DNA of 64,000 nucleotides, from NCBI GenBank assembly GCA_029260075.1, contig JAJDDY010000039.1, positions 6,052 to 70,051 on the forward strand, written 5' to 3'. Below are positions 10,214-19,466 of this stretch, piece by piece. The translations under genes and the position numbers were made by a program. Within the stretch, counting starts at the first letter, position 1. Each line of letters begins with the position of its first letter. The stretch comes from Phycisphaerae bacterium (GTDB lineage Bacteria; Planctomycetota; Phycisphaerae; UBA1845). The notes under the pieces were generated by a model, which saw only the letters and a program-made list of their open reading frames with translations, searched no databases and was not told where the DNA came from.

Positions 10214-11397
10214 TACCAATCTTTCTCAACGCGGCGGACAGGGACAAGCTGTACTTTCTCCGCGCGCTTCTTCTCGCGTTCGCGCATGGCCTGCACCATC
10301 TCGCGCAGCTTACGCTCGGCCTGCTCGCGCGAGACGCGTTCCTCCTTCTGCTCGGCGGACTGTTCCTTCTGTTGTTCCTGCTTGTCCGCCTTCTGCTCGT
10401 CGCGTTGCTGTTGTTCTTGATCTTTCTTGTCTTGGTTCTTCTCGTCGTTCTTATCCTGTTTGTCGGACTCTTGTTTTTGGTCGTCTTTGTCTTTCTTGTC
10501 TTTCTTGTCTTCGTCCTTGTTTTCGTCGCTGTCTTGCTTCTTCTGCTCTTCCTTTTGTTGCCGCTTGATCTGTCGCCACATGGAGGCAGCTTTGTAGTTG
10601 GCGTCGCGAGCCGGTTTGTGGTTCGGATGATTGGCCAGCACGTCGTGATACTGTCGCATCGCGCTCTCGAACCGCTCAATCGCCAACTCCGGGTTGTCCA
10701 GGTTCTGGAGTGCCTCGGCATGGTCGCAAGTAGCCAAGCTGTATTTTGCGTCGGTCGCCAATTCATCTTGGTCAGCACCCGCCACACGCCGGAACGCATC
10801 ACGTGCTTCGTCGAATTCGCCGCGTTCATAGTGCGCCAAGCCTTTGGAGAAGGCGATTTCTCGACTGTCGGGACGGAGTCGCTCCGCGTATTCGTAGGCT
10901 TGAAGCGCCAAGTCGGTGTCACCAGCGAGCAAGTTCTCGTTACCTTTGCTGACAGCTTGGGGGGCACTGAGCTTGGCGAAATCGCCGTCGAGATGTACGG
11001 ACTCGGACGTCGGTGAGGCGCCGCTAGGATTCGTGGGGTGGCCGGCGGGCGAAGTCGCACCGAGCGGCGAGGCACCGTTTGAGTCTTGGGCACGCACAGA
11101 TGCACACAAGAGGCAGACACCTGCGACCAACCGTATTAGCTGGTGCGTGAATCCTTTCTCGCGTGTACAGCCAACAAGCTGGTGCGTGAATCCTTTCTCG
11201 CACCTCTCCGTACGCGCATCCATATCCACGGGACGCTTCACTTTATTGAAGGCGGTTGGGACGAGATGGGAATCACGTCCCAGCAATGCGGATGGGACGA
11301 GATTGGAATAACGTCCCAGCGGATCATTCCTCAGCGGTGTTGGGGAATCGGATCGACGCGGGTTCTGCCTCATCCGTCGTGCTCCTGTTCGGCTCAT
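10213..11397 (-). CDS. BatC-like TPR protein with D/K/Q/E-rich tail
   Basis: TPR helices, low-complexity charged tail, ends VEKDW; ATG 11397 overlaps upstream stop (ATGA). Confidence 0.82.
   Translation of the reverse strand: MSRTGARRMRQNPRRSDSPTPLRNDPLGRYSNLVPSALLGRDSHLVPTAFNKVKRPVDMDARTERCEKGFTHQLVGCTREKGFTHQLIRLVAGVCLLCASVRAQDSNGASPLGATSPAGHPTNPSGASPTSESVHLDGDFAKLSAPQAVSKGNENLLAGDTDLALQAYEYAERLRPDSREIAFSKGLAHYERGEFDEARDAFRRVAGADQDELATDAKYSLATCDHAEALQNLDNPELAIERFESAMRQYHDVLANHPNHKPARDANYKAASMWRQIKRQQKEEQKKQDSDENKDEDKKDKKDKDDQKQESDKQDKNDEKNQDKKDQEQQQRDEQKADKQEQQKEQSAEQKEERVSREQAERKLREMVQAMREREKKRAEKVQLVPVRRVEKDW
11138..11320. repeat. Cluster of four family-B palindromic repeats inside the batC-like reading frame
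   Basis: 2x GCTGGTGCGTGAATCCTTTCTCGC (11139, 11178) and 2x GGGACGAGATxGGAATxACGTCCCAGC (11258, 11294); same units intergenic at 29428 and 39508. Confidence 0.85.
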
Positions 11398-12560
11398 GAT
11401 GACACCTCCTGCTGCCAGACACGTTGCGGCAGCGTCGATACGGATTTCCTTCGATCCGACATCATCGTTTCCATCGCCAGAAGGATCAACGCCGCGGCGA
11501 TGAACCATTGATACTGAGGTTTGTGGCGAACCCTCGTTTCCGTGGCCAACTCGGCCGTTCGCATCGCAGCCATCGCGTCAACCAAACGGTGAAACTGTCC
11601 GATGGGGGCATATTGACCACCACCCGCCTGTGCCGTCTTGATCAACTCGGCTTCGTGGAGCTTTGAAAAGACGATTTGTCCGTCGTGCAACAGGGGCTTG
11701 TGCGAACCGGCGCCGTCAACGGGAACCTGGACACCAACCGTTCGGGCTGCATCGCCCACGCCCACCGTGTACGTATGAATGTTGTGTTCCTCATAGGCAA
11801 TCCGCGCCGCTTCCACCGGGTCGCCCTCATGATCCTCGCCGTCGGTCAACAACAGCAAGATGCGCGACGCATCGGGCGGCGACTTGGCGAACAAATCCGT
11901 GGCCGTTTCGATTGCTCTGGCGATGGCTGTTCCGCCGCGCGGCGCGCTACCGACGTGTAGCGCCTGAAGTTTCGACTTGAACGCCAAGTGGTCCGTCGTG
12001 AGCGGCAGGCGAAGCGATGTCGATCCGGCGAAGGCCATGAGTGCCATTCTGTTGGCCCGTTGGAACACTGCCCGTTCGATCAACTGCTGACGGATGCTCT
12101 CTTTCGCGCGCGCCAGTCGATTGGGGGCGACGTCTTCGGCCAACATCGATCGAGACACGTCGAGCGCGACCACGATATCCACGCCGTACACTCTCTGCTC
12201 TTCCAGGTACAAGCCCCATCGCGGACCGATGACGCCCGCGGCGATCAACGTGAGCGCGATCACAAAGAGGCCCTGTCGCAGTGACTGCATGGGTGGGTTC
12301 ATATGCGATGCGAGCAGGGGCGCAAGCTCCGCCGAAGCGAAGCCACTGAGCGCACGCCGTCGGCGAATCACGCCGTAGAGGACAACCATACCAGCGAGCG
12401 GTCCTATCGACGCAACCCACCAGAGTTTCGGGTTATCGAACTTCAGGTCGGCGCGATCGACCGACATGAACGCGAGCACGCCGATTACGATCAACGCAAT
12501 CGGAACGAGCACAGCCCAAGCAAACCAATGGCTCATAGGATAGAGTACGCGGGATTTCAT
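11394..12560 (-). CDS. BatB-like VWA domain protein
   Basis: MIDAS DVSRSM, PLTTD, GGTAIARAI, LLTDGEDH. Confidence 0.88.
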   Translation of the reverse strand: MKSRVLYPMSHWFAWAVLVPIALIVIGVLAFMSVDRADLKFDNPKLWWVASIGPLAGMVVLYGVIRRRRALSGFASAELAPLLASHMNPPMQSLRQGLFVIALTLIAAGVIGPRWGLYLEEQRVYGVDIVVALDVSRSMLAEDVAPNRLARAKESIRQQLIERAVFQRANRMALMAFAGSTSLRLPLTTDHLAFKSKLQALHVGSAPRGGTAIARAIETATDLFAKSPPDASRILLLLTDGEDHEGDPVEAARIAYEEHNIHTYTVGVGDAARTVGVQVPVDGAGSHKPLLHDGQIVFSKLHEAELIKTAQAGGGQYAPIGQFHRLVDAMAAMRTAELATETRVRHKPQYQWFIAAALILLAMETMMSDRRKSVSTLPQRVWQQEVSS

Positions 12561-13657
12561 GGAATCGTTCGAAACCTCGTGTGCGTCAACGTAAGTTCGA
12601 GCATGAGCAACGCGAGCCCCACGAGCATCGCCAACCTCGCGCCCTCGGTATTGTCCTGAAACGAACGCTCCCCCGTGCGGCGGCGCTCGAGGCGGTCGAT
12701 TTCGTCATAGATGGTCACCAACGAGTTGGTATCGGTGGCTCGAAAGTACGTACCTCCGGTGAGTCCGGCGATTTCCCTTAGCATTGGCTCGTTAACCTGC
12801 GGCGCTTGTTGAAAAAAAGATCGCCGAACCGGGGACGAGCCGACGGCACCGATCGTATACACCTTGATCCCCAACGTCGCAGCCACGCGCGCGGCGTCGA
12901 GTGGGTCGGGCGGCGGCGTACCCTGTGTTTTCGGGGGGTTGTCCGCACCGTCGGTAAGCAGAATCATCACCCGACTTCGAGCTGCTTCCGCGCCCGGGAC
13001 GCCCTCGATGGCCTGCTCGCCCGCACGGCGAAGGTCGTCCGTGGCCCGAATGATCGCGTCGCCGAGCGCGGTGAAACCCGCTTCCGGATCTTCACGAATC
13101 TGTTGGCCATCGACCCAACCCGGGATGTCCGTTTGCGCGAGTAGGTCGCTGAGACTGCCGTGATCAAGGGTGAGCGGACAGGGCGTATCGGCGTACATGG
13201 CGAAGGTGGTCATCCCGATCAAGTCGTTGTCGCGTCCGGCGGCGCCATCGCCCCCAAGAACGAAGTCGTTGAACACTTTCTTGACGGCGTCAAGCCTGCG
13301 CGCTCGGCGACCGTCAAGCACAAAGTCGTCCTCACGCATACTGCCCGACACGTCGAGCACCATCTGAATGGCGATGCCCTCCTTCAGGTCTTCGTAAGAA
13401 CCGGCGGACTGAGGCCTCGCGAGGGCGACGATGAGTGCCACAATAGCTGCACTACGTAGAAGCGGAAGAAGGAATCGACCCCGGTGCGCCCACGTCTTCG
13501 GCAGCATCCCCACCAGCCGAGTCGAGCTGAATCTGATCGCGGGGCGACGGCGCAGACCGGCGCGAATCCACACGACGGGAATCAGGGCGGCGCTGATGAG
13601 ACACCACCATCCGAAGAGCGGACCGGGGAGAAAGTGGCTGTTCAACCAGTCGATCAC
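12557..13657 (-). CDS. BatA-like VWA domain protein
   Basis: ALARPQ, DVSGSM, CPLTLD, TALGDAI, ILLTDG, TGGTYFRATD. Confidence 0.9.
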   Translation of the reverse strand: MIDWLNSHFLPGPLFGWWCLISAALIPVVWIRAGLRRRPAIRFSSTRLVGMLPKTWAHRGRFLLPLLRSAAIVALIVALARPQSAGSYEDLKEGIAIQMVLDVSGSMREDDFVLDGRRARRLDAVKKVFNDFVLGGDGAAGRDNDLIGMTTFAMYADTPCPLTLDHGSLSDLLAQTDIPGWVDGQQIREDPEAGFTALGDAIIRATDDLRRAGEQAIEGVPGAEAARSRVMILLTDGADNPPKTQGTPPPDPLDAARVAATLGIKVYTIGAVGSSPVRRSFFQQAPQVNEPMLREIAGLTGGTYFRATDTNSLVTIYDEIDRLERRRTGERSFQDNTEGARLAMLVGLALLMLELTLTHTRFRTIP

Positions 13658-14898
13658 GCCGCACGCTCCCCGACCGCGTGGTCGCCATCTTCGCTTGCAA
13701 CGAAGCGCTGCCGGGTCTTCTCAATGAAGTGCTGAGTAGCCTTGAGCATCTGGTTGGCCTCGTCTTGACCGGGTTCATGACGGGCGTACTTGACCATGTC
13801 ACATGCGGTAAGGAACCCATCAAGCTCGTCAGCCACACCCGATGCGAAGCGATGGTCCCGACCGGCGGCCTCGAGAAACTCCTCCGTGGTCATTTCCGGC
13901 GCGGAGACGGCGAAACGCCGCTCGATGTATCCGCGTACAATGTCGCTTATTCTATAGTAGTAGGCTTGGACCTTTCGCTGAGCGATCAAGTCGTCAGCGA
14001 TCAGTATCGCCAGATGTCGCCTAGCCCATACGTCCGCGGGTTCAACCTCGACATATTCACCCTTTCGGCGACGGGCACGGCGGAGCAGTAGTACACCAAT
14101 CACCGCAAGCACAATCGCGACGGGGGGCGCGATCCACCACCAGCGCGACCAGACCGCAGGCAGCTCGACCGGATCGAGGCGGGTGATGTGGCGAAGCTCT
14201 TCTTCCGATAGCGGCGCGGCGTGCGTATCGTCCACCACGACCGCAATCGGTGTCGTGCTGACTGTTTGCGACTCGGGGGGCACAGCGTCGTCGCCAACGC
14301 CCTCGCGAATGTCGACGAATGACACCTCGAAGGGTGGGAGTTCATAGTCTCCCGGTAGCGAGAAGTCGAGGTCGTAGACGTAGCGCCATCGAAGTCTTCC
14401 GTCCCCGGTCGGCACAGCCACTTCACGCTTGGATTCGGCAACGCTGTATTCGAACTGGCGATCACCCTCGCGCAGGGCGCGATCGTAGGCTGGTTCGTCT
14501 ACCGTGACGCCGTCCTCGGCGATGATTTCGAGTTCGATATGCAGAGGGACGTCCATAGTCGGCGCTTCGCGACCGGCTTCCAGCTTGATCGAGACCGGGC
14601 CTTCCTCCGCCGTGCGCAGAACGGCGTCGCCTGATGTCGGCGTCTCCTTTGTCTGGGACACGCTGCTGCACCCGGAACTTGAAACGACGAGGCTGAGCAG
14701 CGCCGCGAACATGGCCACGAAACCGGAGCGCATCACACAGCGATATCTGCCGATGCCGCGATTACGAGCGGTGAATGCCATGGTCAAGCGCAGCGCGGCC
14801 ATCTCCTGCGTGGGTCGATACATGCCCGCGCCTTCGGCTTGGGCATGGCACCCCACGACGGCGTCGTTTCCAAACTCGCCGTTAGCGTGCTTGCTCAT
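13654..14898 (-). CDS. Conserved Bat-operon membrane protein (BatD-like N-terminus)
   Basis: TM segment then YYYRISDIVRGYIERRF..APEMTTEEFL, CDMVKYA; usual slot between DUF58 and BatA; start could be further downstream (~14733). Confidence 0.8.
   Translation of the reverse strand: MSKHANGEFGNDAVVGCHAQAEGAGMYRPTQEMAALRLTMAFTARNRGIGRYRCVMRSGFVAMFAALLSLVVSSSGCSSVSQTKETPTSGDAVLRTAEEGPVSIKLEAGREAPTMDVPLHIELEIIAEDGVTVDEPAYDRALREGDRQFEYSVAESKREVAVPTGDGRLRWRYVYDLDFSLPGDYELPPFEVSFVDIREGVGDDAVPPESQTVSTTPIAVVVDDTHAAPLSEEELRHITRLDPVELPAVWSRWWWIAPPVAIVLAVIGVLLLRRARRRKGEYVEVEPADVWARRHLAILIADDLIAQRKVQAYYYRISDIVRGYIERRFAVSAPEMTTEEFLEAAGRDHRFASGVADELDGFLTACDMVKYARHEPGQDEANQMLKATQHFIEKTRQRFVASEDGDHAVGERAA
14776..14854. 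repeat. Inverted pair of TGCCATG-type palindromic repeats
   Basis: TGCCATGGTCAAGCGCAGCGCGGCCAT and CATGCCCGCGCCTTCGGCTTGGGCATGGCACCCC. Confidence 0.6.
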
Positions 14899-14914
14899 CG
14901 GTCTTCGCGTCGAC

Positions 14915-15790
14915 TCATCGTCGCCGCTCCCTCTTGTGAAAGAACTTCACGAGTGGATCCACGTACGACTGATCGGTATGCACCTCGATGGTCTCGGTGT
15001 CCATTCGGCGGAACATGGTCTCTCGTGCGCTCGCCGCGTTTGCGGTCAGCGATTCGTATCGGCGACGCAGCGACCGGCTTGACGTGTCGACCAGCGTGAG
15101 TTCGCCGGTCTCGGCGTCCTGCAATTCTACGAACCCGACGTTGGGCAGGGTCTTCTCGCGCGGGTCCGTGATAATGATAGGTATCAAATCGTGACGGCGG
15201 CGGGCGATGCGTAGCGCGGGTTCAAAGCCATCGTCGAGAAAATCGCTCACCAGAAAACAGACGGACTTGCGCGTCGTGATGCGGTTGAGAAAGGCGATGG
15301 CTTCGGCAATGTCCGTACCCTTCCCCACCGGCTCGTGGAACAGTAGCTCGCGAATGATACGCAACACGTGCTGTGTACCCTTCTTAGCTGGGACGTACTT
15401 CTCCACTTGGTCAGAAAACAGGATCAACCCGACGTTGTCGTTGCTGCGGATGGCGGAGAATGCGAGCACGGCGCACAGTTCGGCCGCCACGTCGAGCTTG
15501 AACTGGCGCGAACTTCCGAACAATCCGGATCGACTCGCGTCGACAACAAGCATGACCGTCAGCTCGCGTTCCTCTCGGAACTTCTTGATGAACGGCTCAC
15601 CGTACCGGGCCGAGACGTTCCAATCGATCAGCCGCACGTCGTCGCCCACAACGTAAGGACAGACCTCCTCGAACTCCATCCCCCGACCGCGAAAGGCGGA
15701 ATGATACTGGCCCGCAAGCACATCGTTCACCACCCGCGCGGTGCGAATCTGAATCTGACGAACCTTCTTTAGGAGTTCTCTTGGGATCAT
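14915..15790 (-). CDS. DUF58 domain protein
   Basis: GQYHSAFRGRGMEFEEV, GDDVRLIDWNVSAR, FREEREL. Confidence 0.92.
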   Translation of the reverse strand: MIPRELLKKVRQIQIRTARVVNDVLAGQYHSAFRGRGMEFEEVCPYVVGDDVRLIDWNVSARYGEPFIKKFREERELTVMLVVDASRSGLFGSSRQFKLDVAAELCAVLAFSAIRSNDNVGLILFSDQVEKYVPAKKGTQHVLRIIRELLFHEPVGKGTDIAEAIAFLNRITTRKSVCFLVSDFLDDGFEPALRIARRRHDLIPIIITDPREKTLPNVGFVELQDAETGELTLVDTSSRSLRRRYESLTANAASARETMFRRMDTETIEVHTDQSYVDPLVKFFHKRERRR

Positions 15791-15854
15791 CGTGATGGCT
15801 GGAAACTTCGAAGTACGGGCGAAACGATAGAACGAAACGTCGTAATGTCGACGC

Positions 15855-16853
15855 TTACGGCACGGGTACGTGGTCAAGCACAGCAGACACTACGTCTTCC
15901 GATGTCTTCTCTTCCGCCTCCGCTTCGTACGTAACAATGACGCGGTGCCGCAGGACATCCATGGCGATGGTCTTGACGTCTTGCGGCGTGACGTATCCGC
16001 GTCCGGCGAGGAAGGCCGACGCCTTCGCACCGATGGTCATGGCCAGCGTCGCCCGGGGCGATGCGCCGTACTGAATCCAATCCGCAATAGGCAGTTGATA
16101 CGCCGCCGGCTCGCGCGTGGCGAAGGTCAGATCGACGATGTAGTCCTTGATCTTGTCGTCGATGTAGATGCTGTCGACAATTCGTCGCGCGCTGCGAATA
16201 TCTTCCGGCGACGTCACCGCGTCGACCTCGAGCTCTGGCTTCGTGACAGCCATTCGATCCAGAATGCACCGCTCGTCTTCTTTGGACGGGTACCCAACCA
16301 CGAGCTTCAGCATGAACCGATCCATCTGTGCTTCGGGAAGAGGATAGGTACCCTCCTGTTCGATCGGGTTTTGCGTTGCGAGCACAAGGAACGGATCGTC
16401 GAGAGGAAAAGTCTCCTTGCCGATGGTCACCTGTCGCTCTTGCATGGCTTCGAGCAGCGCCGACTGAACCTTGGCCGGCGCCCGGTTGATTTCGTCCGCC
16501 AAGATGATGTTCGAGAAAATGGGGCCTTTCTGCACGACGAACTCGCCGTCCGCAGGGCGATAGATCAGTGTGCCGAGCAGGTCCGCCGGCAACAGGTCGG
16601 GCGTAAACTGAAGACGCTGGAACCCCGTGGCGATTCCCTTGGCGAGGCAAGCCACCGCCGTCGTCTTGGCCAAGCCGGGAACGCCTTCGATGAGAATATG
16701 CCCGTTGGAAAGCAGGCCGATAAGCATTCGATGAAGTAGTTCGTCCTGCCCCACGATCACACGGTGCATTTGTTCGAGAAGCCGCGAAAACGGTTCGCTG
16801 GCCTCGGCCACCTGCTGCCCGATTAGTTTCACATCTACCGCCGTTACGCTCAT
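15855..16853 (-). CDS. MoxR family AAA+ ATPase
   Basis: GHILIEGVPGLAKT, RLQFTPDLLPAD, LADEINRAPAKVQSALLEAMQE, ATQNPIEQEGTYPLPEAQ. Confidence 0.95.
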   Translation of the reverse strand: MSVTAVDVKLIGQQVAEASEPFSRLLEQMHRVIVGQDELLHRMLIGLLSNGHILIEGVPGLAKTTAVACLAKGIATGFQRLQFTPDLLPADLLGTLIYRPADGEFVVQKGPIFSNIILADEINRAPAKVQSALLEAMQERQVTIGKETFPLDDPFLVLATQNPIEQEGTYPLPEAQMDRFMLKLVVGYPSKEDERCILDRMAVTKPELEVDAVTSPEDIRSARRIVDSIYIDDKIKDYIVDLTFATREPAAYQLPIADWIQYGASPRATLAMTIGAKASAFLAGRGYVTPQDVKTIAMDVLRHRVIVTYEAEAEEKTSEDVVSAVLDHVPVP

Positions 16854-17142
16854 CGTAAGAACAGCCTCCGCTTTGGAATAATCATCAAGAACAGCAACGC
16901 CGCAATGTACCGGTGTGAAAGAGAAGACGCAACCGACGCCGAACACCTGTCATACGATGTAGTAACGGTGGCGTCACAATGTGTAGGCCTATCGGTCGCA
17001 CGCGGTGTAGAGGCCGCGCGATGACGCGATGAACGGTCGGCCTACGCAAGCGCACCACGCTCGACCAATGGTGGACCAAGGATCACACAGTATGTCGAAC
17101 TAGGCGTCAAATACCTCCCGGTCGCACGGGGGAAAATCGCCA

Positions 17143-17182
17143 ATGGATCACGGGCTGGAAGCCGGTGCCACACTTGATCAAC
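17143..17182. repeat. Palindromic repeat family D, copy 1
   Basis: ATGGATCACGGGCTGGAAGCCGGTGCCACACTT, near identical to 57709-57748. Confidence 0.7.
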
Positions 17183-17223
17183 ATCAGGCTAGGATCGATC
17201 GGTGTTTCGTGGAACGGATCGGA

Positions 17224-18900
17224 CTATGATGCGGGATCTAAGGCGTTGCGAATTTCGTTGAGTAGCTGATCGACTTTGAACGGCTTGAACAGCACGGCCG
17301 CCAACCCTTCTCGACGAGCGCGGATGATCGAGTGATTCGGGTCATATCCGAAACCGGTCGTCAAGATGACCGGTGTGTTGGGGTTGGCTTCTTTGGCGGC
17401 GGCGAACACTTCGTAACCGCTCTTGAGCGGCATTCGAATATCGCTGATGACCAGATCGAACGCTTGGTCGGCAAGACGACCGATGGCCACCGACCCATCC
17501 TCAGCAGTACACACACGACAGCCATATCCGGTCAGTACGTCCCGCACGGTATCGCGAAGCATGGCTTCGTCGTCGGCGACGAGCACGCGCTTCCCGGCGA
17601 GGACGGGGTCACGCTTCTTGGTACGCCGCGACGGAATCCCAACGAGCCCGATCTGGGGCGAAGTCAACTCTTTCACCGTCTCCCGAATTTTGACGGCGTT
17701 CTCGGAAACCGTACGCAGACGATGCCGAAGGTCGTCGTGGCCAATGTAGTCCTCAACGAGTGTCTCGATATCCGTTAGAATATCGTTCACCGGCGCGGTA
17801 ATCCCACTCAAGACGTCATCACCAACCCGCCCGGTCGTCGTGTGCCGCTCCGTGGCGAGCAATTCGAGCAAGTGCAGTGCGAGCACGACGTAGCGGGCGA
17901 AGATTTCCGCGAATTGTCGATCGTCCTCAGTGAACGCAGCAAGCTTGGCATTCTCGTAGTTGGCGACGCCAACTACCTTGCCCTGGAACACGAGCGGCAC
18001 GGTCAGGGACGAGAGCGCCCCCTCAATGCCTCGGAGGTAACGCTTGTCAGCCTGCGCGTCGGGACAGATGTAACTGCGTTGGCGTGCGGCGACATATCCG
18101 CAGATGCCGTTGTCTTTGGTTGATGCGTACAGTTCGATTTGACCGGCTTCGGCTGGCATTCCGGCGCAAAGCGCCAACTCCAGTCGACCGGAATCCTTTT
18201 CCAGCACGCGGATTTCGAAATTGTCAAAGTGCAAGACGTCACGCGTGCAGCGGAGTATCTTTTGCTCAAGAAGAGCAAGCCGTTCCTGGGCATCGAGACG
18301 GGCGAACTGTGCGGAGTCCAAGCTTAACAACTCGCGACCGGCTTCGTCGATGGCGTCGATCTTTTCTTGAAGCCCCGACGTGTTGGCCGTGTCCCAAACT
18401 ACGGCGGCGACTTCGGTCACACGGTTGTGTAGGTCGGTAACCGGCGTAGCCATCATGGCGAAACTTTGCCCTGACGCGACCGTGAACGTAAACCGACGCC
18501 CGCGCAAATCCGGCGAACCGGTCTGCGACTGATCCTGAGCCCACGAGAATGTTTCCAAAGCATGCGTGCAAATGCGGTCACGAACATCGTCCGGGAGGGA
18601 AAGAAGTTTGGGGTTGGCCCAATCCAACACGCCGGATTTCCCGACAATGCCGATGGCCTGACTGACACTATCGATGATGGCAGCAGCCTGACGTGTTACG
18701 TGCAAGCCCTGGAACGATGCGAAATCAGTCGCCCGAACTAAAATCGTATCGAACGACCCAGTTTGCAGCGACTCCAACGCCTGCTCGACGGTATCAACAT
18801 GGTGCAGCGTGGCTGTCTCACCAAGCCATCGTGGAACATCGTCGCTCCACTCCGGGTGGCCTAGTACCAACACCTGCAACTGCGTGGTCTGCTGTGTCAT
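17224..18900 (-). CDS. Response regulator with GAF domain and C-terminal receiver
   Basis: GICGYVAARQRSYICPD GAF; VLVADDE, LVISDIRMP, TPVILTTG, KPF receiver motifs. Confidence 0.85.
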   Translation of the reverse strand: MTQQTTQLQVLVLGHPEWSDDVPRWLGETATLHHVDTVEQALESLQTGSFDTILVRATDFASFQGLHVTRQAAAIIDSVSQAIGIVGKSGVLDWANPKLLSLPDDVRDRICTHALETFSWAQDQSQTGSPDLRGRRFTFTVASGQSFAMMATPVTDLHNRVTEVAAVVWDTANTSGLQEKIDAIDEAGRELLSLDSAQFARLDAQERLALLEQKILRCTRDVLHFDNFEIRVLEKDSGRLELALCAGMPAEAGQIELYASTKDNGICGYVAARQRSYICPDAQADKRYLRGIEGALSSLTVPLVFQGKVVGVANYENAKLAAFTEDDRQFAEIFARYVVLALHLLELLATERHTTTGRVGDDVLSGITAPVNDILTDIETLVEDYIGHDDLRHRLRTVSENAVKIRETVKELTSPQIGLVGIPSRRTKKRDPVLAGKRVLVADDEAMLRDTVRDVLTGYGCRVCTAEDGSVAIGRLADQAFDLVISDIRMPLKSGYEVFAAAKEANPNTPVILTTGFGYDPNHSIIRARREGLAAVLFKPFKVDQLLNEIRNALDPAS

Positions 18901-19066
18901 ATCCTTGCGCTACTCGATCTTCCTACGAGTACAAGTCCAAGGGATTCTAGGCAGCCGGATGCACAATCTCTCGTGCATACTCCAATCGGCACGAAGACCC
19001 CTCTTTCATGCAGCATAATCGAAAAGAACTCACAGGTTCAAGAGCCTACTTGTTTTGGTCTTGGCC

Positions 19067-19219
19067 AAGGCACAGCCGACTGCTCCCGAGTCGACGCCCT
19101 TCCGCTTCTTTGGCCTTGACCCGGACGTCCCGTACGACCGTGGAACGATACCCAACTTCGTGGATTCTGGAACCCCCGATGACAAGATTCGTCGTCCGGG
19201 TCAACACGGCAACAGCCCC
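19067..19219 (-). ncRNA. Candidate structured RNA (long rod-like hairpin)
   Basis: Perfect 12-bp inverted repeat TTGACCCGGACG (19116-19127)/CGTCCGGGTCAA (19193-19204), extendable with G-U pairs on the minus strand; family not identified. Confidence 0.3.
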
Positions 19220-19284
19220 ATAATCTTCCCCGCCCGCCTCGCCAACGAAGAGCACTACACGTCAAGACGGTGCTTTGCACAATC

Positions 19285-19432
19285 CCAATGCTCTGTCACA
19301 CATCGAATGTCGAGTTTTCTGAGGCGCACCCGTAATGACGAATGTACCGAGCCGCGCCCGTAAGGAAGCGGACGTTTGAAATCCGGTCGCAACAGCTTGA
19401 ATACGCTCCCTCACGGTCGCGGCGCGAATCGG
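19285..19432. mobile_element. MITE-like element family A, degenerate copy
   Basis: Left end TGCTCTGTCACACATCG and core CCGAGCCGCGCCCGTAAGGAAGCG...CGCTCCCTCACGGTCGCGG; right end not recognisable. Confidence 0.65.
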
Positions 19433-19466
19433 AAGAGCCGGTCTCGCCCCGCTGCCGTCGGCCACA

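Noticed and set aside
19200-19219. tmRNA-like 5' end GGGGCTG on the minus strand
   Set aside because: No T-arm/CCA 3' end or tag ORF at a suitable distance
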